Of a DNA stretch of 64,000 nt, positions 33,142-41,816 are shown one piece after another (positions within the stretch are counted from its first letter, which is position 1; every line of letters starts with the position of its first letter). The position numbers and the translations under genes were made by a program. The DNA comes from Alphaproteobacteria bacterium (GTDB lineage: Bacteria; Pseudomonadota; Alphaproteobacteria; Bin95): contig CAXXWS020000002.1 of NCBI GenBank assembly GCA_963665325.3, forward strand, positions 497,644-561,643. Reading direction: 5' to 3'. The notes beneath the pieces are model-generated. The model was not told the DNA's origin and ran no database searches. It worked only from the letters and a program-made list of their open reading frames with translations.

Positions 33142-33681
33142 TCACCCGAACACGAAGGTCAGGGCGTTGGACGCCGTGCCGTTGTCGCACTGGTTGTTGA
33201 GCCAGGTGACCGTGCGCGTCACCGGCGCGCCGGCATGCACCGCCGCCGGGGCGCTGCCGGCCACCTGCATCCGCACGATCCCCGAGCCCGCCCGCGTCCG
33301 GCCCACATAGGCCTGGCCCAGGTCCTTGCAGGTCTCGTCGTCCAGATCCGCGAACGTGATCGCGAACCGCCCGCCATTGCCCAGGATCGTCACCGCGCCG
33401 CCGAACGGATGACGGATCGTCGCCGACCCGCCCGTGCCCACCCGCGAGCCGTCCGGGATCTTCCCGAACCCGGCCAGGATCGGCACAAGGTCGTCATTCG
33501 CGCTGTCGCCGTAGCTGGCCTGGCCCGAATAGATCCTCTCGACATTGGCGCGCAGCTGGTTCAGCAGCTCGACCGACTCGCCCTCGCTCAGCCGCGCCGT
33601 GATCCCGTTGTAGATCCCCACAACCGCGACGATCGCGAAGAGGCCCGCTACCACCGACAGCAAGACTCCGATAGGGTTCAT
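33142..33681 (-). CDS. pilS: type IVb major pilin candidate (PilS-like) with an unusually short leader
   Basis: GAGGAGGGG SD. MNPIGVLLSVVAGLFAIVAVVGIYNGI hydrophobic N-terminus, followed by a globular domain with a C-terminal Cys pair (..ETCKDL.. and ..NNQCDNG..). Confidence 0.65.
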   Translation of the reverse strand: MNPIGVLLSVVAGLFAIVAVVGIYNGITARLSEGESVELLNQLRANVERIYSGQASYGDSANDDLVPILAGFGKIPDGSRVGTGGSATIRHPFGGAVTILGNGGRFAITFADLDDETCKDLGQAYVGRTRAGSGIVRMQVAGSAPAAVHAGAPVTRTVTWLNNQCDNGTASNALTFVFG

Positions 33682-33693
33682 GTTCCCCTCCTC

Positions 33694-34263
33694 TCAGTAG
33701 CTTCGTTCCACCTGGGTCGAGATGTCGAAACTCACCCACATGATCAGGATCATCTGCGCCGTCCCGAGCGCCATCAGCACCGTGTTCAGAACCATGGTGC
33801 GCATCCGCATCATCGCCTCCGAGCGCTCCACCCAGCGCTCCACGAACCCGGCAAGCGTCTCTTCCCAGTCCGCGCGCCCGTCCATCGCGCCCGCAACCGC
33901 AACCAGCGTCTCGTCCGGGAATCCCTGGCGGGCCGCCGAGAGCGCCGAGCCGAACCCCAGACCCTCGTTCAGCATCAGCTCCCGAACCCGGCGCATCCGC
34001 GAGCGCACATAGGGCGAGGCGCCCCGCTCGAATTGCTCGAACGTGTCCCGGTTCAGGTCCACGCCCATGCGCAGGAACTCCACGCACACGAACAGGAACC
34101 CGCTCCCCGACAGCATCCGGTAGAGCGAAAAGGGCGGGATCCGGTCCGCGAACACGCGCCCCCGGCCGGTCCAGCGCAGCACCACGAGCCGGAACGCCGC
34201 CAGAAACAGCAGGAAGGCGAGCCCGATGAGTGTGCTCTCGGTATCTGATGGCGGGATGGTCAC
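33694..34263 (-). CDS. pilR: T2SSF-domain platform protein, C-terminal-half equivalent of PilR/GspF
   Basis: One T2SSF-like cytoplasmic domain flanked by TM helices (..LNEGLGFGSALSAARQGFPDETLVAVAGAMDGRADWEETL..). GTG start at 34261-34263, immediately next to the transposon. Confidence 0.7.
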   Translation of the reverse strand: MTIPPSDTESTLIGLAFLLFLAAFRLVVLRWTGRGRVFADRIPPFSLYRMLSGSGFLFVCVEFLRMGVDLNRDTFEQFERGASPYVRSRMRRVRELMLNEGLGFGSALSAARQGFPDETLVAVAGAMDGRADWEETLAGFVERWVERSEAMMRMRTMVLNTVLMALGTAQMILIMWVSFDISTQVERSY

Positions 34264-34499
34264 GTTGTTCGATGGTTTTCAGGCGTCGGGCCGGGCGTGA
34301 CGGCGGGGGTGTCGGACGGCCGTCGGCGCGTCAAGCCGCTTCGCGGCTCCTGCGCTGCGCTCCGGCCCTTCGGGTGACCCGCCGCCGTCCCTCCGACGGA
34401 GTGCATCCATGGCCGTAAGCAAGCTTCCGGCCACGGGCCGGCCGCTTTACGCAGTGTGACAATGGGAGCGGTGTTACCCGTTACCGTTACCCTCTCTCC

Positions 34500-35498
34500 C
34501 TAGGGGTTCGAGGCGGTAACGGTTTTCGGTAACGTGTCCCTGCGGTCGTTGCCGTTGAGGGCGGCGAGGCGGTATCCGCCTTCGGATGCGCGCTCGACGC
34601 GTCCTTCGCGGACGAGCCTGTGCAGCGCCTCGGCGACGGTTGCGGGCCGGGTTGCCGCGCGCTCGCGGATCCGGCGCTGGGAGAGCGGCGCGTCGGCGTC
34701 GGCGAGGGCCTGCAGGATGCGCCGTTCGGGGGTATCCGGCTCCGGCGCCTGGTCTTCCGGCGTCTCGCGCAACCGCAGGGCGGGGCGCTCGTCGTCGTCG
34801 GCGAGTTCGATCTCGAGGTCTTCGAGGCCAGGGGCGTCGCGATGCTCGACGGTCATGAGGATCTGGCGGTCTCGCCGGCGCAGGTACAGATTCGAATCGC
34901 CCCAGGCGTGAAGTTCGCTGCTGCCGCGCAGCGCCTGCCCGGGCCGGGAGCCGCCGCTCTTTCGTGCGTGATGGACGAGGAGGACGGCGGTTTCGAAGCG
35001 GCGCTGTATGTCGCGCAGGAAGCCCAGCATGGGGGCGACCTCGGCGACGGTATTTTCGTCGACGCCGTGCAGGCGCACGAGGGGGTCGAGGACGACGAGG
35101 CGGGGTGAGACGCGCTCCACCGTCTCGACCAGGCGCTGGCGATCGGCGCGATGGTCGAGACGCAGCGTGGGCACGTCGATGACGGCGATGTCGAGGGTCT
35201 CGAACGCGGTGCCTGCCGCCTTTGCGATGCCCTGGAGGCGTGCGCGCACGATATGGCCGGCGTCCTCGGCGGCGAACAGCAGCACGGGGCCGCTTGCGGC
35301 GGGACGGAAGTGGCGCAGGCAGGGGACGCCGGCGGCGACCGCGACGGCGATGTCGAGTGCGAGGAAGGATTTGCCGCACTTGGGCTCGCCGCCGACGATG
35401 CCGACGCCCTGCTCGGACCACAACGCCTCGACCATCCAGCGGCGCGCCTGGGGGCGCTCTTCGAGCTCCGCCGGCGCCCGTGTCGGGAAGCCCTTCAC
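34500..35498 (-). CDS. RepA/RecA-like AAA_25-type ATPase with a C-terminal winged-helix domain
   Basis: Trimmed from track ORF 34500..36512 to the GTG at 35496-35498 (GTGA overlap). Walker A GGEPKCGKS, Walker B-like RLVVLDPL. C-terminal wHTH ..RRILQALADADAPLSQRRIRERAATRPATVAEALHRLVREGRVER... Confidence 0.7.
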   Translation of the reverse strand: MKGFPTRAPAELEERPQARRWMVEALWSEQGVGIVGGEPKCGKSFLALDIAVAVAAGVPCLRHFRPAASGPVLLFAAEDAGHIVRARLQGIAKAAGTAFETLDIAVIDVPTLRLDHRADRQRLVETVERVSPRLVVLDPLVRLHGVDENTVAEVAPMLGFLRDIQRRFETAVLLVHHARKSGGSRPGQALRGSSELHAWGDSNLYLRRRDRQILMTVEHRDAPGLEDLEIELADDDERPALRLRETPEDQAPEPDTPERRILQALADADAPLSQRRIRERAATRPATVAEALHRLVREGRVERASEGGYRLAALNGNDRRDTLPKTVTASNP

Positions 35499-36328
35499 CG
35501 CCGCGCCCTCCTCGGCTTGGCGGGTTCGCCCAGGGTCTCGATGAAGAGCTTCTCGTCGAGGACCTCGCGCTCCTTCTCGGCGGCGGCGGCGAGCAGGGCG
35601 TCGGCCATGACGGTGAGCGCCCGCGGGTTGCCGTCGGCATGGGCGACCAGGGTGTCCTTGAGGCCCGCGGTCATGAGGCCGGGATTGCCGGCCTGCTCGA
35701 TCAGATGGTCGAGCAGGGCCGCGAGGTCGCCGGCCTCGGCCTTGGTCATGACCAGGCGCTGGCGGATGCGCGAGGCGATGGGCTGCAGATCGGGCTGGCG
35801 GAGCTTGTCGAGCAGGCGCGTGTCGCCGGCGAGGACGACCGAGAGGATGGCGCGCGAGTCGAAGTCGGTCGAAGCCAGCAGGCGGATCTCGGAGAACACC
35901 GAGGGCAGCAGCTCCTGGGCCTCGTCGACGAGCACGACGGGGCGCATGCGGGTATCGTCGACATGGGCGAGCCAGCGCTCGCGCAGGCTTTTGAAGCTGG
36001 CCCAGCGGTTGTTGTACATCAGGTCGACGCCGAACATCTCGCCGATCTCGCGGTAGAAGTCGGACAGCCGGGAGGAGGGATGGGTGATGGCGGCGATGCT
36101 GAGCCCCTCGCAGCGGCCGAGACGGTCGGCGAGCAGGCGCAACGCCACACTCTTTCCGGCGCCGGGCTCGCCGGCGATCAAGGCGAAGCCGCCCTGGCGC
36201 ACCAGGTGGCGCTCGATCCTGAGGCAGAAGCTGTCGACGGCAGGCGTCGCCATGAGACTGTCGACCGGCAGGTCGGTGGCGAAGGGGTTCCACTTGAGCC
36301 CGTAGAAGGTGAGCAGTTCCCGGTTCAT
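35495..36328 (-). CDS. TniB/ExeA-like AAA+ transposition ATPase
   Basis: Walker A GEPGAGKS, Walker B VVLVDEAQ. ATGA overlap with the transposase stop. Confidence 0.8.
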   Translation of the reverse strand: MNRELLTFYGLKWNPFATDLPVDSLMATPAVDSFCLRIERHLVRQGGFALIAGEPGAGKSVALRLLADRLGRCEGLSIAAITHPSSRLSDFYREIGEMFGVDLMYNNRWASFKSLRERWLAHVDDTRMRPVVLVDEAQELLPSVFSEIRLLASTDFDSRAILSVVLAGDTRLLDKLRQPDLQPIASRIRQRLVMTKAEAGDLAALLDHLIEQAGNPGLMTAGLKDTLVAHADGNPRALTVMADALLAAAAEKEREVLDEKLFIETLGEPAKPRRARR

Positions 36329-37800
36329 GGCGCATCTCCCCGATCTTCGTCCTCGCCCGGACCGGGCGTCTTGTCATGGGGCAGCCAGGCCGGCGGCAGG
36401 CCGGTTGCGGCCTGGGCGTCGAGCATGCCCTTGAGCAGCGGCGGAAGTTCCCCCGTCCCCGCGCCGCCATTGCCATCGTTGCCGCCGGGGCCGGCGGGAC
36501 GGCGCACGCCATCGGCGTTGCCGCGCTTGTCGAGGGGGTACAGCGTGCACAGGCGCTCGCCGCCTCGACCGTCGATCAGATCGACGCTGGCGAGGTTCCA
36601 GCGCGCGTAACGGATCCAGGCCTCGCGCAGGTGGCGCCACGGCTGTGGCACCTGGTAGCGGATGCCCTCGACCGAGACGGTGCCGTCCGAGCGCCTGAGC
36701 GTGCGCTTCCTGGTGATGCGGAAGGCCGCCTTGAGCTCGGCCGAGCCGGGGCAGGATCTCGACGCGTCGACGCTCCCGGCCAGGCGTTGATGCGGCGTCA
36801 TGCCGAGCTCGCGGTGCTTGCGGCGGTGATAGTCCTGCTCCAGCCAGGCGATGGTGGCGTCGTTGAGCATCTTCAAGGTAAGCGCGTCGACGCCTTCGAG
36901 CTGAGCCATCAGGCGCGATTCGACCGTGCCCCAGAACGACTCGATCTTGCCGTTCTGATGGGGGCTGTAAGCGAGCGTCGTGACCCCCGCGATGCCGAGC
37001 CGGTGCAACCCCTCCTCGACCTCGCCCGCGGTCATCGCCGCGCCGTTGTCGGTCAGCAGGGACCTCGGCAGACCGCGCTTCATGAAGGCCTGGCAAAGGC
37101 CGTGGACGAACACCTCGGCGGTCTCGGCGAGGTACCACTGAAGGTGGCAGCCGAGGCGCGAGTGGTCGTCGAGGAAGCCGAGCAGGATCGGCGTCTTCCA
37201 CTCGCCCGAGGCGGTCAGCACGCGACGCTTGGCGCTGTGCATGTCGGCGTGCCACAGGGCGTGAGAGCGCGAGACCTCGTAGCTCAATACCTCGCGGGCT
37301 TCGACCGCCGGCCTGGCCTCGCTCTCATGCCACTTGCGCCGGCGCTTGCGTACCAGCCCGCGAGCCCGCATCGCCCGGGTCAGCGTCGCGTAGGACGGTA
37401 TCGGGCCGAGCTCGGGATCGGCCTCGACCCGCGCGGCCAGATTCTCGTGATGAAGCTGCGCCGACCACGACGGATGCGCCCGGTACTGCTCGTGCAGCGC
37501 CTCGATCAGCGTCGGCGACATCGCGCGCGGGCGCCCGGCATCGGCGCGCGGGCGCCGCTTGAGCGCCCCCACCGGATCGTTGTCCGCCGCCCGCGCCTGG
37601 TAGTACCAGCGCTCGATCGTGGACACCGCGAAGCGCACCCGGCCCTTGCCGGACGGGTGATCCCACTCGCGTTCGGCAAGCCGCTCAAGCTCGGCGTGCA
37701 GCCGCCCCGCCGGCGGCGGCGAGGCCAGAAGCGGCCCGACCACCGCGAAGCGCAACCGCGCCCACCGGTCGCGACGCTCGCTCCCGTCGTTGCTGTTCAT
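36325..37800 (-). CDS. DDE (rve/Mu-type) transposase, TniA/TnsB-like
   Basis: HTH-rich N-terminus. DDE triad context LWHADMH, LLTDNGAAM, HQNGKIESFW. Mu-transposase-like C-terminal barrel (..VSVEGIRYQVP..). Confidence 0.85.
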   Translation of the reverse strand: MNSNDGSERRDRWARLRFAVVGPLLASPPPAGRLHAELERLAEREWDHPSGKGRVRFAVSTIERWYYQARAADNDPVGALKRRPRADAGRPRAMSPTLIEALHEQYRAHPSWSAQLHHENLAARVEADPELGPIPSYATLTRAMRARGLVRKRRRKWHESEARPAVEAREVLSYEVSRSHALWHADMHSAKRRVLTASGEWKTPILLGFLDDHSRLGCHLQWYLAETAEVFVHGLCQAFMKRGLPRSLLTDNGAAMTAGEVEEGLHRLGIAGVTTLAYSPHQNGKIESFWGTVESRLMAQLEGVDALTLKMLNDATIAWLEQDYHRRKHRELGMTPHQRLAGSVDASRSCPGSAELKAAFRITRKRTLRRSDGTVSVEGIRYQVPQPWRHLREAWIRYARWNLASVDLIDGRGGERLCTLYPLDKRGNADGVRRPAGPGGNDGNGGAGTGELPPLLKGMLDAQAATGLPPAWLPHDKTPGPGEDEDRGDAP

Positions 37801-37848
37801 TCCGGCATCCCCCTCGCTGCTTCGTGGAGGTGCCGATGATGCGGTGCC

Positions 37849-38463
37849 CTATCCGTGCATCATAGAAACGCTTTCTGCGGGCGAAGCCGGACCTGCGCCG
37901 AGCGCGCAAAAGCCGGTCCACGGCATCAGCCAGACCAGGCTCCGCAGCAGCCGCGAGCGGAAGCCACGGCCCCGCATGATGCGCAGCAGCCGGCGCAGCG
38001 GCGCCTCTTCGGGCGGCGCCGCCAGCTCGCCCCGTCTCGCCTGCCACTCCCGGGTCAGCGGGAAGGCTTCCAGCCACCAGCGCCGCCAGCGCTTCAGCGT
38101 CGAGGCCGGAACCCCGCACCGCCGCGCGATCGTCTGCAACCGCGCGCCGCCGGCCACAGCCAGCGCACTCACCACAAGGAACAGCGCCCCGACGTAAAAG
38201 CGCCTGCCGAAGAAACGCACCGACGGCGGCTTCACGCGGCGTCGGCACACCGAACAGCACAGGCTGAAGCGCCGAACGTCGTTCCGAAGATTCGCCGCCA
38301 GACCGTGCGGCTTGCGCGGGTAGCTCGCGCTGTGAAGCGCGCCGCCGCAGCGCGGGCAACCCGCCGCCCGGCACGCCTCCGCCTCGGCCGCGTCGACCTG
38401 CTTCAGAAAATCCCAAACCCGGGCGTTGGAGAGATTGGAGTGCCGGAACAGCTTGTGCGACAT
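37849..38463 (-). CDS. Zn-ribbon plus HTH protein (possible TniQ-like target selector or regulator)
   Basis: CPRCGG..(26 aa)..CCSVCRRR four-Cys cluster. HTH-like LQTIARRCGVPASTLKRWRRWW. First gene of the transposon operon. Confidence 0.55.
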   Translation of the reverse strand: MSHKLFRHSNLSNARVWDFLKQVDAAEAEACRAAGCPRCGGALHSASYPRKPHGLAANLRNDVRRFSLCCSVCRRRVKPPSVRFFGRRFYVGALFLVVSALAVAGGARLQTIARRCGVPASTLKRWRRWWLEAFPLTREWQARRGELAAPPEEAPLRRLLRIMRGRGFRSRLLRSLVWLMPWTGFCALGAGPASPAESVSMMHG

Positions 38464-38607
38464 TGGGGCCGTCTCAGGTTGATGTCACTGTCACCGAGAC
38501 AAGCCCTCCGGCGGCCTTCTTGCAAGATCGCCGGGGGGCACCCAATCCAAAACCTCGATTAATCCGAGCCGATCAGCCCCTGATCGCCGCTGAAAGCCTG
38601 CGCCCGC

Positions 38608-39150
38608 TCACCCGATCTCGATATCGTTCGCGTAGAAACCCTCCGAGACCCAGGCGAACGAGCGCGACCAGATATCCCAGCGCGACCGGTCGCTCACCTC
38701 CAGCATCGCCGGAATGACCTCGTAGCCCATGAACCAGGTCATGCCGATGCAGCCCACGAAGATCACCAGCGGCAGAAACATCGCGCTCGCCACCGCGCGC
38801 ACCTGCTTCGAGCGCATCTCCGCGACGCGCGCCGCCGCCAGGAACAGAACCTCAGCCCGCGCCCGGCCGAGCCCGTAGAAGATCATCGCCTCCGAGGCCG
38901 GAACCCAGCGCGACAGCTCCACCGCGAAATCGTCCCCGCCGCCCGCAAGCGCCGCCTGCCAGTCCCGAAGCATCCGCACCCGGATCGTCTCGCGCGACTT
39001 CGCCTGCATCACCACGCCGAGCGCCTCGCGCAGACCAAGCCCGCCCTGGAGCAGGTCGTGCAGCAGATACCAGATGTCGATCCGCGCCTCCGTCCCCGCC
39101 GCCAGGAACCGCCGCACCGGAAACCAGACCGCCCCCCAGAGACGCCTCAT
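38608..39150 (-). CDS. pilR: T2SSF-domain platform protein, N-terminal-half equivalent of PilR/GspF
   Basis: Trimmed to the ATG at 39150 (ATGA overlap with the pilQ stop). ..LLHDLLQGGLGLREALGVVMQ..VPASEAMIFYGLGRARAEVLF.. is T2SSF-like, followed by a TM helix. Stop at 38608-38610, at the transposon edge. Confidence 0.7.
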   Translation of the reverse strand: MRRLWGAVWFPVRRFLAAGTEARIDIWYLLHDLLQGGLGLREALGVVMQAKSRETIRVRMLRDWQAALAGGGDDFAVELSRWVPASEAMIFYGLGRARAEVLFLAAARVAEMRSKQVRAVASAMFLPLVIFVGCIGMTWFMGYEVIPAMLEVSDRSRWDIWSRSFAWVSEGFYANDIEIG

Positions 39151-40838
39151 TCCACCGCCTCCGCGCCCGCGACCAGCACCGGCTTGCCCGGCGCGGGCGC
39201 GGCGCCGGCATGACCCGGCCCGTCCTCCACCCGGCCTTCGCCCGGAGGCCCGAACGCCGCCTTCGCCACGGCGATCTCCGCGCCCTTCAGCATCGCGTCC
39301 GCCGGATCGACCCGGCCCTTGCCGACCGCGCCCCAGATCTTCCGTCCGATCGGGACCCCGCCCATCGCGCCCGTCCAGTGGTTCCACGCGCCCACCGCAT
39401 CCCGCTTCTGGACGAACCTGAGATAGCCGTCGTCCGGGACGATCCACTCCGCCACCGCAAGCGGGCGCACATAGCCCGCCCACGCCGCCAGCGAGAGCGC
39501 CGACTGGCCCGCCGTCCGGCAACCGGCGCAGCCCTCCGGATTGCGGTAGCGGACCTCCGGGCCCAGCAGCGCCGCCAGCTCCTCCGGGAGGTCCCGGCCC
39601 TCCGGCAGAACCGGCAGCGCGCAGGACGGGCAGAGCAGCGGCACCAGCGTCTGCTTCATCAGGAGGCGCACATTGCCGGGCTTGGTCACCTCCGACACCT
39701 CGACGCCGAGGTCCATCAGCCGGAACAGGATGCCGTTCGCCGTGTGCACGTGGATTGTCGTCCACACCTGGTGGCCCGAGTCGATGAACTGCAGCACCTG
39801 CTGCGCGCCCATCTTGTCGCGGATCTCGCCCACCATCCCCGAGGCCGGATGCACCCGCACGAAATGCATCAGCGCGGCTGCAAACCCGAGCCCCCGCTCC
39901 TCGCCGATGCCCCGGGTCGGAACCGCAATCTGCACCGCGCCGGGTATGTCGTATTCGACCGGGTCCTCCAGCGTGATCATGTTGAGCTTCCCGCCATGCT
40001 CACGCATCTGGAGGTTCAGGTTCACCGCAAGCGTCGTCGACTTGCCGTCGCCCGTCGTCCCGCCGATGAAGATGCCGCCGTATTTCGACATCCGGATCTC
40101 GCGGAACAGGCCCGCCACCTCCGCCGTGAAGCCCAGGTCCTCCAGCGTCTGCCGGCCCCCGACCTGGTCGCGGTAGAAAAGCCGCATGTAGAGGTGGTGG
40201 CCCTCCGGCTCGTGCGGACCCGCCTCGCAGCGCAGCGCCGCGATCTCCTCCGGAAGCGGGAACGTCTCCGAGCGCCTCACGCTGAAACCCTGGAAGCTCG
40301 CACGCTGCAGCGAGGTCTGCCGCGAGCCTTCGTCCTTCACGAAGAACAGGAACCCGAACACCTGCTCCGCCTCCCGCACCGTCATCGCAGAACCCAGGGG
40401 CAGCTTGCGGTCGTTCACGATCGCGAACACCCGGCAGTCGTCCGGGCCCTTCTCCAGCACCACGTCCGAAGCCCGGGCCCGGGCCGCCTCCGTGAAGATC
40501 GCGACAAGCCCCTCCACGATCCGCGGGTTCACGTCCAGGCTCTCGTCACGGACCCGGTTGCCGCGCCAGACCTCCGCCACCTCCTGGAGCGAGGCCGTCT
40601 CCTCCCGGAACTGGCCCCGGACCGCGCCCGTGCGCTGCAACTCCACCAGCAGCGCGCGCAGCTCCACGTCGTTCGCATAGCCGTCCGCGATCAGCACGCG
40701 CCCGTCCGACCAGACCGCGCAGCGCTCCCGGAAGCGCTCGTCCATCCGCTCCCAGCGCAACAGGCCCGACGGCATCACCTCCGGAGGTCGCTCCTTGAAC
40801 ATGAGGCGGCCCCACCATGTGTCCCGCCAGCCCGTCAT
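39147..40838 (-). CDS. pilQ: GspE/PilB-family pilus assembly ATPase (R64 PilQ-like)
   Basis: Trimmed from track ORF 39147..42071 to the ATG at 40838 (ATGA overlap). Walker A GGTTGDGKSTT, LEDPVEY, Asp box MVGEIRD, His box TTIHVHTA, tetra-Cys CPSC..CAGC. Confidence 0.85.
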   Translation of the reverse strand: MTGWRDTWWGRLMFKERPPEVMPSGLLRWERMDERFRERCAVWSDGRVLIADGYANDVELRALLVELQRTGAVRGQFREETASLQEVAEVWRGNRVRDESLDVNPRIVEGLVAIFTEAARARASDVVLEKGPDDCRVFAIVNDRKLPLGSAMTVREAEQVFGFLFFVKDEGSRQTSLQRASFQGFSVRRSETFPLPEEIAALRCEAGPHEPEGHHLYMRLFYRDQVGGRQTLEDLGFTAEVAGLFREIRMSKYGGIFIGGTTGDGKSTTLAVNLNLQMREHGGKLNMITLEDPVEYDIPGAVQIAVPTRGIGEERGLGFAAALMHFVRVHPASGMVGEIRDKMGAQQVLQFIDSGHQVWTTIHVHTANGILFRLMDLGVEVSEVTKPGNVRLLMKQTLVPLLCPSCALPVLPEGRDLPEELAALLGPEVRYRNPEGCAGCRTAGQSALSLAAWAGYVRPLAVAEWIVPDDGYLRFVQKRDAVGAWNHWTGAMGGVPIGRKIWGAVGKGRVDPADAMLKGAEIAVAKAAFGPPGEGRVEDGPGHAGAAPAPGKPVLVAGAEAVE

Positions 40839-41770
40839 CGCCCGGACCTCGACCGGTAGGGGAGGTGCGGGCTCGTCCAGCCCTTCACGCGAACGCCCGG
40901 AGGACGCGCCTCGACCGAGACCACCCTCACGCCGCCCGGCAAGCGGTCGCCGGCCTCCACCCGCCAGACGTTCTCGCCGTCCGTCACCGCCGCGCGCAGC
41001 GCCTCGCCCGATCCCATCACCGCGAACCAGCCATAGGCGCGGGGCGGCTCGGGAGGCGGCGCCTTCTTCTCTTCCTTCGGCGCCGTCCTGGCCGCCTCGG
41101 CGGCCGCCTTCGCCTGCTGCTCGCGCACGATCTCCGCCCGCGCCGCCTCCAGCATCGCCGCATGCGCGCCGCGAACCCGCGCATCCGCCTCGCGGCGCGC
41201 CGTCTCCAGCTTCAGGGCTTCCGCCGCCCTCGCGGCCGCAGACTTGTTCAACGCCGCCGCCAGCTCGATCTCCGAGCCCACAAGCTCCTTCAGGATCGCC
41301 TGACGGTCCCGGCACAGCACCAGAACCTCGCGCTCCAGCTCCAGAGCCTCGCTGAACTGGCCCTCGTTCACCGCGCTCGACAGCATCCGCACGATCGCCT
41401 CGCGCGGACACTCGAAGGTCCGCAATATCGCCGGCTCGTAAGCGATAACCGGAGGACCGGAAGGAGAAGCCGGGGCGGCAGGGGGAGGATCGGCCTGCCG
41501 CCCCGGCAGACCGGCAGCGGCCGCAGCCGCCCCGCCCGCACGCCGCCCCGGCGCGCCGGCAGCGGACGGGGCGGCCACAGTACCCGCCGCCGCCGGTGTT
41601 GGTTGAAGATCGTCGCCCGCGCCGGACGGCTCCGATGCAGGCCTGAACTCCGGAGCCGGAGTCTTGATCGACGACCCGTCGGGGTCCTGCGCCGAGACCT
41701 CGCCGAACGACAGCACCGCCACCGACAGCGCGACCGCCGACAGCAGGAGACCGCGACGGAGGCCGGCCAC
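40835..41770 (-). CDS. PilP-like periplasmic pilus biogenesis protein
   Basis: Trimmed from track ORF 40835..42697 to the GTG at 41768-41770. Signal peptide VAGLRRGLLLSAVALSVAVLSFGEVSA, coiled-coil region, and a PilP-like C-terminal beta domain (..YGWFAVMGSGEALRAAVTDGENVWRVEAGDRLPGGVRVVSVE..). Confidence 0.55.
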   Translation of the reverse strand: MAGLRRGLLLSAVALSVAVLSFGEVSAQDPDGSSIKTPAPEFRPASEPSGAGDDLQPTPAAAGTVAAPSAAGAPGRRAGGAAAAAAGLPGRQADPPPAAPASPSGPPVIAYEPAILRTFECPREAIVRMLSSAVNEGQFSEALELEREVLVLCRDRQAILKELVGSEIELAAALNKSAAARAAEALKLETARREADARVRGAHAAMLEAARAEIVREQQAKAAAEAARTAPKEEKKAPPPEPPRAYGWFAVMGSGEALRAAVTDGENVWRVEAGDRLPGGVRVVSVEARPPGVRVKGWTSPHLPYRSRSGR

Positions 41771-41816
41771 GAAGGCTCCATTTGCCCCGCATCCCGAAAC
41801 CGGGCAGGCTCCACCC

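Larger units (their letters stand above)
34264..38607. mobile_element. ~4.3-kb transposon (DDE/Mu-like transposase + TniB-like ATPase + RepA/AAA_25-like ATPase + Zn-ribbon/HTH protein) inserted between the two platform half-genes
   Basis: Four co-oriented genes unrelated to pilus biogenesis separate the two T2SSF half-genes. TCAC occurs at both proposed edges (34260-34263 and 38608-38611). Boundaries are approximate, and no long terminal inverted repeats were seen by eye. Confidence 0.7.

Noticed and set aside
29800-33700. Search for an IncI-type shufflon (clustered short inverted sfx repeats, alternative pilV C-terminal cassettes, rci recombinase) downstream of the pilV-like genes.
   Set aside because: None was seen by eye. 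The region is fully occupied by co-oriented ORFs with 4-nt overlaps. A formal repeat search could still find weak sites.
34264-38607. Long terminal inverted repeats and a 5-bp target duplication for the transposon.
   Set aside because: Only a 4-bp TCAC match at the edges and a short GGYTTTCAG motif about 10 nt inside each end could be aligned (roughly 13 of 22 positions). That is too weak to call TIRs or exact termini without other copies of the element.
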